Source: Pseudomonadota bacterium (GTDB lineage Bacteria > Pseudomonadota > Gammaproteobacteria > Magnimaribacterales > D2472). Taken from it: a stretch of DNA of 64,000 nt. Shown here one piece after another: positions 48,789 to 58,763 of the stretch (positions within the stretch are counted from its first letter, which is position 1; every line of letters begins with the position of its first letter). The notes under the pieces were generated by a model, which saw nothing but the letters and a program-made list of their open reading frames with translations, did no database searches and was not told the origin of the DNA. Position numbers and translations under genes: made by a program. Location: NCBI GenBank assembly GCA_028344535.1, contig JAOMBK010000004.1, forward strand, positions 3,893-67,892. Direction: 5' to 3'.

Positions 48789-49742
48789 TTAAACGATTTC
48801 AAGCAAATTAAGTTGCTTTTTTAGTTGCTCAGCAGCTTCTTCACCTTGATGAAGGTCATAATAGATCAAATTTTCCCATCCTCTCATCCAAGTACATTGT
48901 CTTTTAGCAAATTGACGTGTAGCAAAAAGAGACTTTTCAAATAATTTAGACTGTTCCAACTTGCCCTCAACCACTTGTAATCCTTGTCTATAATTTATTG
49001 CTTTCATTGCGGGATGTTCCGCAGAAATATCAAAAATATTTTGAATATTCACTATTTCCTCGAGCAAATTATCTCCAACCAATGTCTCTTGTCTAGACTC
49101 TATTCTTGCATGAAGTTTTGCTCTTTCCACAGGAAAAATTCCAAACTCAATTAATGTGTGCTTTTCTTTTAATCCGCGAGTCTGTCCAGATGCAAGATTT
49201 TCACTCAAGCTCATGCCTGTTGAAGAGATAATCTCGATTGCTCTTATAATTCTTTGAGAGTCTTGAGAATCAATATTTTTTGCTGCTTCAGGATCATGCA
49301 TGGTTAGATCTGCATGCAAGACATCCACTCCCTCAGTAAGAATTTTTTTCTCTAACTCATCACGCAGACTCCGATCAGCCGAAGGGAGAGTGCTTATTCC
49401 TGTTTTTAAAAGATTAAAGTACATCATGCTGCCTCCAACCATTAATGGGATCTTATCTCTCGCATGTATGTCATCAATCAGCTTCATGGCTGAATCATAA
49501 AAATCTGCTACAGAAAATATAGAATCCAAAGAAACATGATTAACTAGATGATGAGGGTGTTTTTTTAAGATTGCATTTGAAGGCTTAGCAGATCCAACAT
49601 TGCATTCCTTATAAACCATGACTGAGTCTACGCTTATAATTTCTAGGGCTTCAAATTGATTTTGCCAGTTAATGGCCCAGTCGGTCTTCCCAGATGCAGT
49701 GGGACCTAGAAGAAATATTATGGGTTTCTTACTCAGTTTCAA
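48789..49742 (-). CDS. miaA: tRNA dimethylallyltransferase
   Basis: LGPTASGKT P-loop, MVGGSMMYF and a QRQCTW-type C-terminus (AKRQCTWMRGW). Confidence 0.92.
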   Translation of the reverse strand: MKLSKKPIIFLLGPTASGKTDWAINWQNQFEALEIISVDSVMVYKECNVGSAKPSNAILKKHPHHLVNHVSLDSIFSVADFYDSAMKLIDDIHARDKIPLMVGGSMMYFNLLKTGISTLPSADRSLRDELEKKILTEGVDVLHADLTMHDPEAAKNIDSQDSQRIIRAIEIISSTGMSLSENLASGQTRGLKEKHTLIEFGIFPVERAKLHARIESRQETLVGDNLLEEIVNIQNIFDISAEHPAMKAINYRQGLQVVEGKLEQSKLFEKSLFATRQFAKRQCTWMRGWENLIYYDLHQGEEAAEQLKKQLNLLEIV

Positions 49743-49747
49743 ATACT

Positions 49748-51318
<1,571 letters not shown>

Positions 51319-51379
51319 ATAAAAGGTATATCTAAATTAATGTAATAATACATTCTTTAATTTTTATGTACTCATAATA

Positions 51380-52234
51380 TTGATCAGATTAATGATGACA
51401 TTATGGCAAGGTCTCAGCCATCTACCAACTTCATGGCATCCGGCAATAGGAAGACTATGTGGCAATCTCCTATTTATTTTAGCTAAGAGTAGAAAAAAAA
51501 TTGCTCAAGCAAACATAGAAGCATGCTTTCCAGAACTATCAAAAGCAGAACAACAAGAGCTCTTGCGGGATAATTTTTTGCACCTGGGAAGATCATTCAT
51601 TGAAACAGGCATCGCTTGGTTTTGGTCAGATAAGAAAATACAAAGCAAGGTTGATTATGATGTTATTGGGATAAATCATTTGTCTAACAATAACTCTAAT
51701 AAAGGAAACTTAATCATTTTCAAGCACTCTCAACATTTAGAGTTGGATGCCCGACTTTTTGCCATGAATGCAGCGGTATATGGTGTAAGCAGAACACATA
51801 ATTCCGCTTCAATGAATAAAATCCAAAATAAAGGTCGGCTTTCTAGCATTAAAGATACTGCAGATAAGAATAATCCACGAAAATTTATGAAATGGCTGAA
51901 AGCAGGGAAGAATGTCATGTATGCAATAGATCAAGATTATGGATGGGATCATTCTGTGAAATTACAGTTTTTCAATCAAGAGGCTGCTACGATCACCACA
52001 ACAAGAAAGATTATTGATGCTGCTAATGCAAATTTATTATTTATAAATTCATATTACAAAAATAAAACATTAGTTCTTCAGATAGAATTAATTGATCATG
52101 AAGGACTAAATTCAATAAAGTTGGCACAGAAAATTAATGACTTAATGGAAGAAAAGATTCTGCAACATCCAGCTGAATATCTGTGGATGCATAGAAGGTT
52201 TAAATCAACATTAGGAAAAAACTTTTATAAATAA
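51380..52234 (+). CDS. lpxL: lipid A biosynthesis (Kdo)2-lipid IVA acyltransferase (LpxL/HtrB family)
   Basis: NIEACFPELSKAEQQELLRDNF and AEYLWMHRRFK are family-typical. Divergent from waaA. The start may be ATG 51392 rather than TTG 51380. Confidence 0.78.
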   Translation: MIRLMMTLWQGLSHLPTSWHPAIGRLCGNLLFILAKSRKKIAQANIEACFPELSKAEQQELLRDNFLHLGRSFIETGIAWFWSDKKIQSKVDYDVIGINHLSNNNSNKGNLIIFKHSQHLELDARLFAMNAAVYGVSRTHNSASMNKIQNKGRLSSIKDTADKNNPRKFMKWLKAGKNVMYAIDQDYGWDHSVKLQFFNQEAATITTTRKIIDAANANLLFINSYYKNKTLVLQIELIDHEGLNSIKLAQKINDLMEEKILQHPAEYLWMHRRFKSTLGKNFYK

Positions 52235-52235
52235 T

Positions 52236-52841
52236 ATGGACTTTGAACAATTAGATAATCTCAAAGGATTTATGCCTAGCCATGAAGGCTTAGCATTAAC
52301 AAAATGGGCAGAAAAATTTTCTCAATGTGGGCCTGCGCTTGAAATTGGTACCTTTGGTGCCAAGTCTGCTCTATACATCGCGGCTGGAAGTTCAATTCAT
52401 GATGAGCTAGTTTATACAATAGATCATCATTCTGGTTCAGAAGAACACCAACTTGGTGAAGAGTATTTTGATCCAGAGATTTATGATAAGAAATTAGGCC
52501 GAGTGAATACAGTGCCTTTGATGCAAGCTAATCTTCAGCAGTTTGATGAAAGTAAATGGGTGGTCCCCATTCTTGCAAATGCAAATTCTATTGCGCCTTC
52601 ATGGAGGGCTGAATTAGGACTTTTGTTTATTGATGGAAGCCATACTGAAATATCTGCACTGAATGATTATGATAATTGGAGCTCCAAACTCCATTCTAAT
52701 GGTGCATTGGTCATTCATGATATTTATGAAAAACCTGAGGACGGCGGACAAGCACCATATCTAATCTATCAAAAAGCTCTAACAGAAGGTTTTCAACTTT
52801 ACGAACGAGTTGATACGATTGTTTGCCTTACTAAAGCTTAA
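52236..52841 (+). CDS. class I SAM-dependent methyltransferase (Methyltransf_24 / cation-dependent O-MT-like)
   Basis: ALEIGTFGAKSALYIA (motif I-like), LLFIDGSHTE and ALVIHDI. 201 aa. Confidence 0.65.
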   Translation: MDFEQLDNLKGFMPSHEGLALTKWAEKFSQCGPALEIGTFGAKSALYIAAGSSIHDELVYTIDHHSGSEEHQLGEEYFDPEIYDKKLGRVNTVPLMQANLQQFDESKWVVPILANANSIAPSWRAELGLLFIDGSHTEISALNDYDNWSSKLHSNGALVIHDIYEKPEDGGQAPYLIYQKALTEGFQLYERVDTIVCLTKA

Positions 52842-53874
52842 ATTGTTGCTTTATAAATAAATCTGCACCAGGGGTGAGTTGATTGTTTGCATCGGCTGCA
52901 AGAATGCATGCCGCGGAAGTCCATGACGGCGTTTCTTCTGGCCAATAAATATTTTCATAAAATTGCCAGCCCATGTAAGGTATACCCTCTCTATCAACTA
53001 TGGCAATAGCATTAAGAAGCAGTTCTGATGCAATCTTATCTTCACCAATTTTTTTGTATGCAATAGAGCATTCACTTGTCTCTGCAACAGTTACCCATGG
53101 TTCATCTGAAACACATTTGATTCCAAGGCCTTTAATCCAAAAAGAATCTTTAATGTTCTCTATTAGAGAGGTTATTCGTTGTTTAGAATTAATGCCGCCC
53201 AAGATTGGGTAATACCAGTCCATTGAAAACCTGCTGCGATCTTTCTTTAGGTCAAAAATTTCTGCTGGATTTTCAAGTGCAACTATCAATTTTGAATGCG
53301 CATCTCTCCATTCTGACTCAATGCTTTGATGCTCCAAAACTTGGCAAATTGCTATTGCACACTCTAGACTTTTCGCAATGGAGCTACAACCAGTTAATAA
53401 ATAGTCTTCATCAATTTTTTCAGACTCATCAATATTCCATGCAATAGCTCCATTGCTATGTTGAAGAGAAAGAGAGAATAAAATACCTTTTTTAACCGGC
53501 TCCCAAAAATTTTGAAGGAAATTAATATTGTTATTAAGCAAATAAAAGTGCCAAACTGCAACAGCAATATATGATGCATAATTAGTCTGTTTATTTAGCT
53601 CTAATGGCTCTTCATCCTGATAGAGGTTATACCAACTGCCATCTTCATTTTGATTAGCTACCATCCACTGAAGACCATTAAGAGCTTGATTCCTAAAGCC
53701 TAAAGTAGTTAAGCCCATAACAGCTTCAAGATGATCCCAAGGATCATGTGAGCCATCCTGATTCGAGGGAATGGCACCAGATAAAAGCTGAGAATCTTCT
53801 AAAAACTTGCCTAAATGGTTCAACCCATCCAAAGAACTAGGGTCAATATGAGATGTATTCGGAAATTCTTTCAT
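52831..53874 (-). CDS. (alpha/alpha)-toroid protein of the family usually annotated prenyltransferase/squalene-oxidase-repeat (possible glycoside hydrolase)
   Basis: QW-like motif QNEDGSW, plus HDPWDHLEAVMGL, RFSMDWYYPILGG, GIKCVSDEPWVTVAETSE and WPEETPSWTSAACILAADA. 4-nt overlap with the upstream methyltransferase gene. Confidence 0.6.
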   Translation of the reverse strand: MKEFPNTSHIDPSSLDGLNHLGKFLEDSQLLSGAIPSNQDGSHDPWDHLEAVMGLTTLGFRNQALNGLQWMVANQNEDGSWYNLYQDEEPLELNKQTNYASYIAVAVWHFYLLNNNINFLQNFWEPVKKGILFSLSLQHSNGAIAWNIDESEKIDEDYLLTGCSSIAKSLECAIAICQVLEHQSIESEWRDAHSKLIVALENPAEIFDLKKDRSRFSMDWYYPILGGINSKQRITSLIENIKDSFWIKGLGIKCVSDEPWVTVAETSECSIAYKKIGEDKIASELLLNAIAIVDREGIPYMGWQFYENIYWPEETPSWTSAACILAADANNQLTPGADLFIKQQFKL

Positions 53875-54575
53875 TTTTTTTCAAAATAAAATGCAATGCT
53901 TTTTCCAAAAATAGGATTAAGAATTTTTTCAAGATTATTCAGCCATGCTGGACTTTGTAAAATTTGATATTCAAGAAATTTTTTATATATCTTTACTAGG
54001 TAATTTGAATCTTGAGTTTTCCAAAAAATACATCTTAGCCACCAATAGGCACTGTGCAGGCCATGAAATCTTTCAGCATGATCATACTTAAATCCATGAT
54101 CTAAGATTTCATTGATCAATTGACGCTTTTTAAAAATTCTTACATGGCCGCCAGGCATATTTTGATAGCCTGTTGAGAGAGACCAGCAAATTTTTTCAGG
54201 CCAATATGAAGGAACGCTAGGTAGAAATTTACCTTCCGGTTTTAGAACTCTAAAAATTTCATCAATTGCTGCATGGTAATCATCAAGATGCTCTAGAACC
54301 TCTGAACAAATTACAAGATCAAAAGTATTATCATCAAATGGAAGTCTATACACTGAGCCTTGCATAAACATAGTAGAGCCAGAATTCAGTTCCTTAAAAA
54401 ACTCTAAACCTTCCTTACATTTATTTAATGAAGGGACATCCTGGTCCAATCCAACGCAATGGACATCAGGAAATTCATGCAAAGATCCAAAAATATGACG
54501 TCCCTCTCCACACCCAACATCTAAAACTTTTGAGTGTGGCTCAAGCGCTATCTCATGCAAGCTAAAAGTTAACAT
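53871..54575 (-). CDS. class I SAM-dependent methyltransferase (Methyltransf_11 type)
   Basis: VLDVGCGEGRH motif I, DLVICSEVLEHL and LKPEGKF. Confidence 0.85.
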   Translation of the reverse strand: MLTFSLHEIALEPHSKVLDVGCGEGRHIFGSLHEFPDVHCVGLDQDVPSLNKCKEGLEFFKELNSGSTMFMQGSVYRLPFDDNTFDLVICSEVLEHLDDYHAAIDEIFRVLKPEGKFLPSVPSYWPEKICWSLSTGYQNMPGGHVRIFKKRQLINEILDHGFKYDHAERFHGLHSAYWWLRCIFWKTQDSNYLVKIYKKFLEYQILQSPAWLNNLEKILNPIFGKSIAFYFEKK

Positions 54576-55813
54576 TTAAATTCATCTATCGTTTTGTAAA
54601 TCAAGTCTTCGTATAACTTTGCAATTTTTTGCCAATTAAAGTTCTCTATTATATGCATTCTGCCAGCATCTGCTTTCAATTGGCTGGTTTGAGGATTTGT
54701 AAAAATCTGTCTAATAGCTAATTCTATTGCATCTGCGCTCTCGGCTGGGATGAGTTCAGCAAAAGACTCAGTGATTTCTGGAATAGATGCAACATTGGTT
54801 GCTATAAGAGGTATAGCACATGACATAGCTTCCCCAACAGGAAACCCAAAACCTTCATAGAGAGAGCTAACTATAGCAATATTACTTTTTGCATATTCAA
54901 CAGCTATCTCATCTCTAGTAAGGTTTGATCTATATAAAATGTTTTGATCAATTTTCAATTTTTTGATTAGTCTCTCTGTATGGCCGCCAGGTCTGGGCGC
55001 GCCAATAATCACTAATTTTAATTTTGGATAATCGGCTTTTAATCTAGCAACAGCATGAAGGGTAAAATCTAGACCTTTAAGTGGAACATCTGCGCTAGCT
55101 GTTGTAATAATTTGTGATGGAACTCTTTTAATATCCTGCATGGGAACAAAACTTGAATGATCTATGCCATTGGGTATGACTGAGATATTTTTTTCGAGCA
55201 CACCGAAATCCTTTGCAATGTCTTTTTTTGAATTATGTGATGGTGTAGAAATCACCTTCAACTCTATAGATACCTTTTTTTGCATTTTTAAAAAAGAAAA
55301 CCATCTCCATTTAGAAATTTTTTGGATAAAGCCCTTAGAAAATTGAATGTCATAACGGTAATCTTTTGTAATGGGATGATGAATAATTTCAATTAGGGGC
55401 ATATTTTTTTGAACCTCGATCATTCCATGGCTAAGCGATTGATTATCGATTACGACATCATATGAAGATTCATTGAGAATGGATTGAGCCCTGTTTCCAA
55501 ATGTCTTTAGTTCTGGGAACCCTCCCAGCAGTGCTGAAAAAAATTCATACCAATCATCTGCAGACTTGCTCTTTTTTTCTAAAAAAATTTTTAGTCTTTC
55601 TTGAAAGTTAAAAGTACTAAATAAATTTAAACCTGGAGATTTAATTAACTTTATGCTGTTTTCAAGGTGGGGGTATGGAGGTCCTGAAATAACATCTACT
55701 TTATGACCTAGATTATTTAATGCCTTGGATAATTCAAAAACAAATATGCCTTGGCCACCTCCAAAAGGTGCACTTCGATAGCTGCAAATAGCAATGTTTA
55801 ATTTTTGATCCAA
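54569..55813 (-). CDS. glycosyltransferase family 4 (GT-B, retaining)
   Basis: C-terminal EGFGFPVGEAMSCAIPLIATN (E-x7-E region) and an N-terminal GGGQGIFVFELSKAL. 7-nt overlap with the downstream methyltransferase. Confidence 0.88.
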   Translation of the reverse strand: MDQKLNIAICSYRSAPFGGGQGIFVFELSKALNNLGHKVDVISGPPYPHLENSIKLIKSPGLNLFSTFNFQERLKIFLEKKSKSADDWYEFFSALLGGFPELKTFGNRAQSILNESSYDVVIDNQSLSHGMIEVQKNMPLIEIIHHPITKDYRYDIQFSKGFIQKISKWRWFSFLKMQKKVSIELKVISTPSHNSKKDIAKDFGVLEKNISVIPNGIDHSSFVPMQDIKRVPSQIITTASADVPLKGLDFTLHAVARLKADYPKLKLVIIGAPRPGGHTERLIKKLKIDQNILYRSNLTRDEIAVEYAKSNIAIVSSLYEGFGFPVGEAMSCAIPLIATNVASIPEITESFAELIPAESADAIELAIRQIFTNPQTSQLKADAGRMHIIENFNWQKIAKLYEDLIYKTIDEFKC

Positions 55814-55825
55814 TTTTTAATAAGA

Positions 55826-56746
55826 CTAAATTGCAGTGAGCCAATGTGAATAGCTTGCATCACGCCCATAAACTATATCGGAATAATTGCCTTGGAGTTG
55901 ATCGGTGATTGGTCCAATGGAACCACTGCCTATTTTTGATCCATCAACAGTTGTTATGGGCGTAATCTCAACTGCTGTACCTGAATAAAAAGCCTCATCT
56001 GCAGATAACAAATCTTCAAAGGTCAAATTCTTCTCCTCTACAGTTAATTTAAAATTTTTAGCAATAGTTATAACACTTTGCCTAGTAATTCCATTCAAAC
56101 AATAATCTGTTGTGGGTGTCATTAACTTTGAATTTTTAACTATAAATAAGTTTTCACCACTACCCTCTGAGATAAAACCATTTTTATCCAGCAATATCGC
56201 TTCTTCCGCTCCTTTTGAAATCGCATCATTAACAGCCATAATCGAATTAACATAAGTACCAATAATTTTATTGTTTGAATATAAGGGATTGTCATATTGC
56301 TGAAATGGAGATTTAACAACTGAAATACCATTCCTCTTGGCCTCTGGATCCATATATGATGGCCATTCCCAACACGCAATTGCAACATTTACCGAAAGAG
56401 CGTCTTGAGATCTTAAGCCCATTGATTCACTACCCAAAAAGACAATCGGACGAATATAGCCCTCCTGAAGATTATTTTTAATCATTGCTGCTTTCTGCGC
56501 TTGAGTTAAATCAGGAATTGAATAAGGAATTGAAATATTAATTTTAGATGCAGCATCAAATAGTCTTTTGGTATGATCATCTAATCTGAAGATGGCACCG
56601 CCATCTGCTGTTTCATAGGCTCGAACACCCTCAAAAACACCCATTCCATAATGCAGCGTATTAGACAAAAGATGGATATTTGTTTCATTGAATGGCTGAA
56701 AACTTCCATTAAGCCAGATGAATTTTGAGTCAGTATTAAGAAACAT
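55826..56746 (-). CDS. ilvE: branched-chain amino acid aminotransferase
   Basis: HYGMGVFEGVRAY, EGYIRP and GSGENLFIV motifs. Confidence 0.93.
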   Translation of the reverse strand: MFLNTDSKFIWLNGSFQPFNETNIHLLSNTLHYGMGVFEGVRAYETADGGAIFRLDDHTKRLFDAASKINISIPYSIPDLTQAQKAAMIKNNLQEGYIRPIVFLGSESMGLRSQDALSVNVAIACWEWPSYMDPEAKRNGISVVKSPFQQYDNPLYSNNKIIGTYVNSIMAVNDAISKGAEEAILLDKNGFISEGSGENLFIVKNSKLMTPTTDYCLNGITRQSVITIAKNFKLTVEEKNLTFEDLLSADEAFYSGTAVEITPITTVDGSKIGSGSIGPITDQLQGNYSDIVYGRDASYSHWLTAI

Positions 56747-56812
56747 GTTGTGTATGGTTTTAAGTCTCAGTTATTATGACAAAACAACCCCAATAATGAA
56801 ATTAAAATTCCT

Positions 56813-58186
56813 ATGATTGACGAATCCATTTTCAGAGAATATGACATCAGGGGAATTGTTCCCTCACAAGTAAACGAAGCTTCGATTAAATCCATTGCCC
56901 GTGCAATTGCAAAAAAATGCAATGAAGAAAATATCAATGAGCTGGCTCTTGGCAGAGATGGCAGACTGTCAGGAGAAGAGATATTAAAACTCCTTTCTTC
57001 ACAACTTCAAACCAAAGGAATCAATGTTGTGAATATTGGGATAGTTACAAGCCCTTTACTATATTATGCGGCTAAACAACTGCCTTCAAAATCTGGAATC
57101 ATGATTACCGGGAGTCATAATCCAAAGAACTATAATGGATTTAAAATAGTAATTAACGATTCTCCTATATCAGGTCTTGAGATCTTGGATTTATTATCTG
57201 ATGAGCCAATCAATAAAAGAAATGCTGGCAAGGAAATCTATAAGAAAAATTTAATGGATGAGTACATTGAAGAAGTATCATCACAAAGCACGAAGAAACC
57301 AAAAAAAATTAAAGTTGTTCTAGATTGTGGAAATGGTGCTGCTGGTGAAATTGCTCCCAAACTAATACGTTCATTAGGTTACGAAGTGATCGAGCTATAT
57401 TGCGAGATTGATGGGAACTTCCCCAATCATCACCCTGATCCTGGAAAAGAAGAGAACCTCCAAGATTTAATTCAGGCAGTAAAAGAAAATTCCGCTGATG
57501 CTGGAATAGCCTTTGATGGAGATGGAGATAGGCTAGGAGTCGTAACTGAAGAAGGGGACATTATTTATCCAGATCAACTCATGATGATCTTTGCTAAAGA
57601 TATTTTAAAAAATTATCCTGGTAAAGAAATAATTTTTGATGTGAAGTGTACAAATTTACTTAGCAATATTATCAATCAGGCTGGGGGTATCCCATCAATG
57701 TCTGCAACAGGTCATTTTCATATTAAAAATGCTCTTAAAAAAACCAATGCTCCACTCGCCGGCGAGATGAGTGGTCATATTTTTTTTAATGATAAGTGGC
57801 ATGGTTTTGATGATGGTCATTATTCCGCTTTCAGATTATTAGAAATTATGAATAGTTTAGACATGCCGCTCTCTTCTATGCTCAATGAACTTCCCAAAGC
57901 CTGCTCTACCCCTGAATTAAATATTAATGTTGAAGAAGAAAAGAAATTTAAAATAGTAAAAGATTTTGTAAATAAAGCTCAATTTAAGGGAGGCTCTAAA
58001 GTTACCATTGATGGGTTGAGAGTAGATTTTGATGATGGATGGGGCTTAATCAGGGCGTCCAATACAACTCCGAAACTTGTCCTTAGGTTTGAAGCTAAAA
58101 CTTCTTCTAGATTAAAGGAAATAAAAAATATGTTTCTTAATCAATTAAAATTAATTGATGAAACAATTAAGGTTGATATAAGCTAA
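56813..58186 (+). CDS. algC: phosphomannomutase/phosphoglucomutase
   Basis: FREYDIRG, active-site ITGSHNPKNYNGFK, FDGDGDR metal loop and GEMSGH. Confidence 0.9.
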   Translation: MIDESIFREYDIRGIVPSQVNEASIKSIARAIAKKCNEENINELALGRDGRLSGEEILKLLSSQLQTKGINVVNIGIVTSPLLYYAAKQLPSKSGIMITGSHNPKNYNGFKIVINDSPISGLEILDLLSDEPINKRNAGKEIYKKNLMDEYIEEVSSQSTKKPKKIKVVLDCGNGAAGEIAPKLIRSLGYEVIELYCEIDGNFPNHHPDPGKEENLQDLIQAVKENSADAGIAFDGDGDRLGVVTEEGDIIYPDQLMMIFAKDILKNYPGKEIIFDVKCTNLLSNIINQAGGIPSMSATGHFHIKNALKKTNAPLAGEMSGHIFFNDKWHGFDDGHYSAFRLLEIMNSLDMPLSSMLNELPKACSTPELNINVEEEKKFKIVKDFVNKAQFKGGSKVTIDGLRVDFDDGWGLIRASNTTPKLVLRFEAKTSSRLKEIKNMFLNQLKLIDETIKVDIS

Positions 58187-58190
58187 AGCT

Positions 58191-58763
58191 ATGTCAAAAG
58201 ACAGAAAACAAATTATTCTGCAGAGTTTAGCAAAGCTTTTAGAAGAAAGAGATACAACAAAAGTTACAACAGCTGTTCTTGCAGCTGAAAGCGGGATAAC
58301 TGAAGCTGCTCTCTATAGGCATTTTCCGAGTAAAAGATCTATTTTCTTGGAGTTATTCACATTCTGCGATCAAACAATTTTTCAAAAAGTTGGAGAAATT
58401 AAAAAAGATAGCAAAATTGAGGCTGAAGAAAAAGTTAGATTAATATTCTTTTTTTATGCAATATTTCTAGAAAAAAATAAAGGTTTTGCTCGCATCTTAT
58501 CTCGTGAGGCATTAGGACCAAGTGAGCAAAATGTAATAGACTCTGTGAATCAATTCTATGAAAGATTGGAGCTTTCGATCAAACAATTGCTAGCTTCAAA
58601 AAAAGACTCTTTGCAACTTACGGCAGGTCAAAGCGCCCATCTTATTACTTCAATAATGGAAGGAATTATCTCTAGGTTTATTAGAAATAAATTCAAGGAA
58701 ATACCTAGCAGTTATATTGAGAATTATTGGTCACTCATTTCTAACAGTATTTTTAAAAGCTAA
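58191..58763 (+). CDS. slmA: TetR-family nucleoid occlusion factor SlmA-like
   Basis: QIILQSLAKLLEE...TTAVLAAESGITEAALYRHFPSKRSIF and MEGIISRFIRNKFK parallel my recollection of E. coli SlmA (EILQSLALMLE..VSEAALYRHFPSK..SRFVRSEFK). Confidence 0.7.
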   Translation: MSKDRKQIILQSLAKLLEERDTTKVTTAVLAAESGITEAALYRHFPSKRSIFLELFTFCDQTIFQKVGEIKKDSKIEAEEKVRLIFFFYAIFLEKNKGFARILSREALGPSEQNVIDSVNQFYERLELSIKQLLASKKDSLQLTAGQSAHLITSIMEGIISRFIRNKFKEIPSSYIENYWSLISNSIFKS

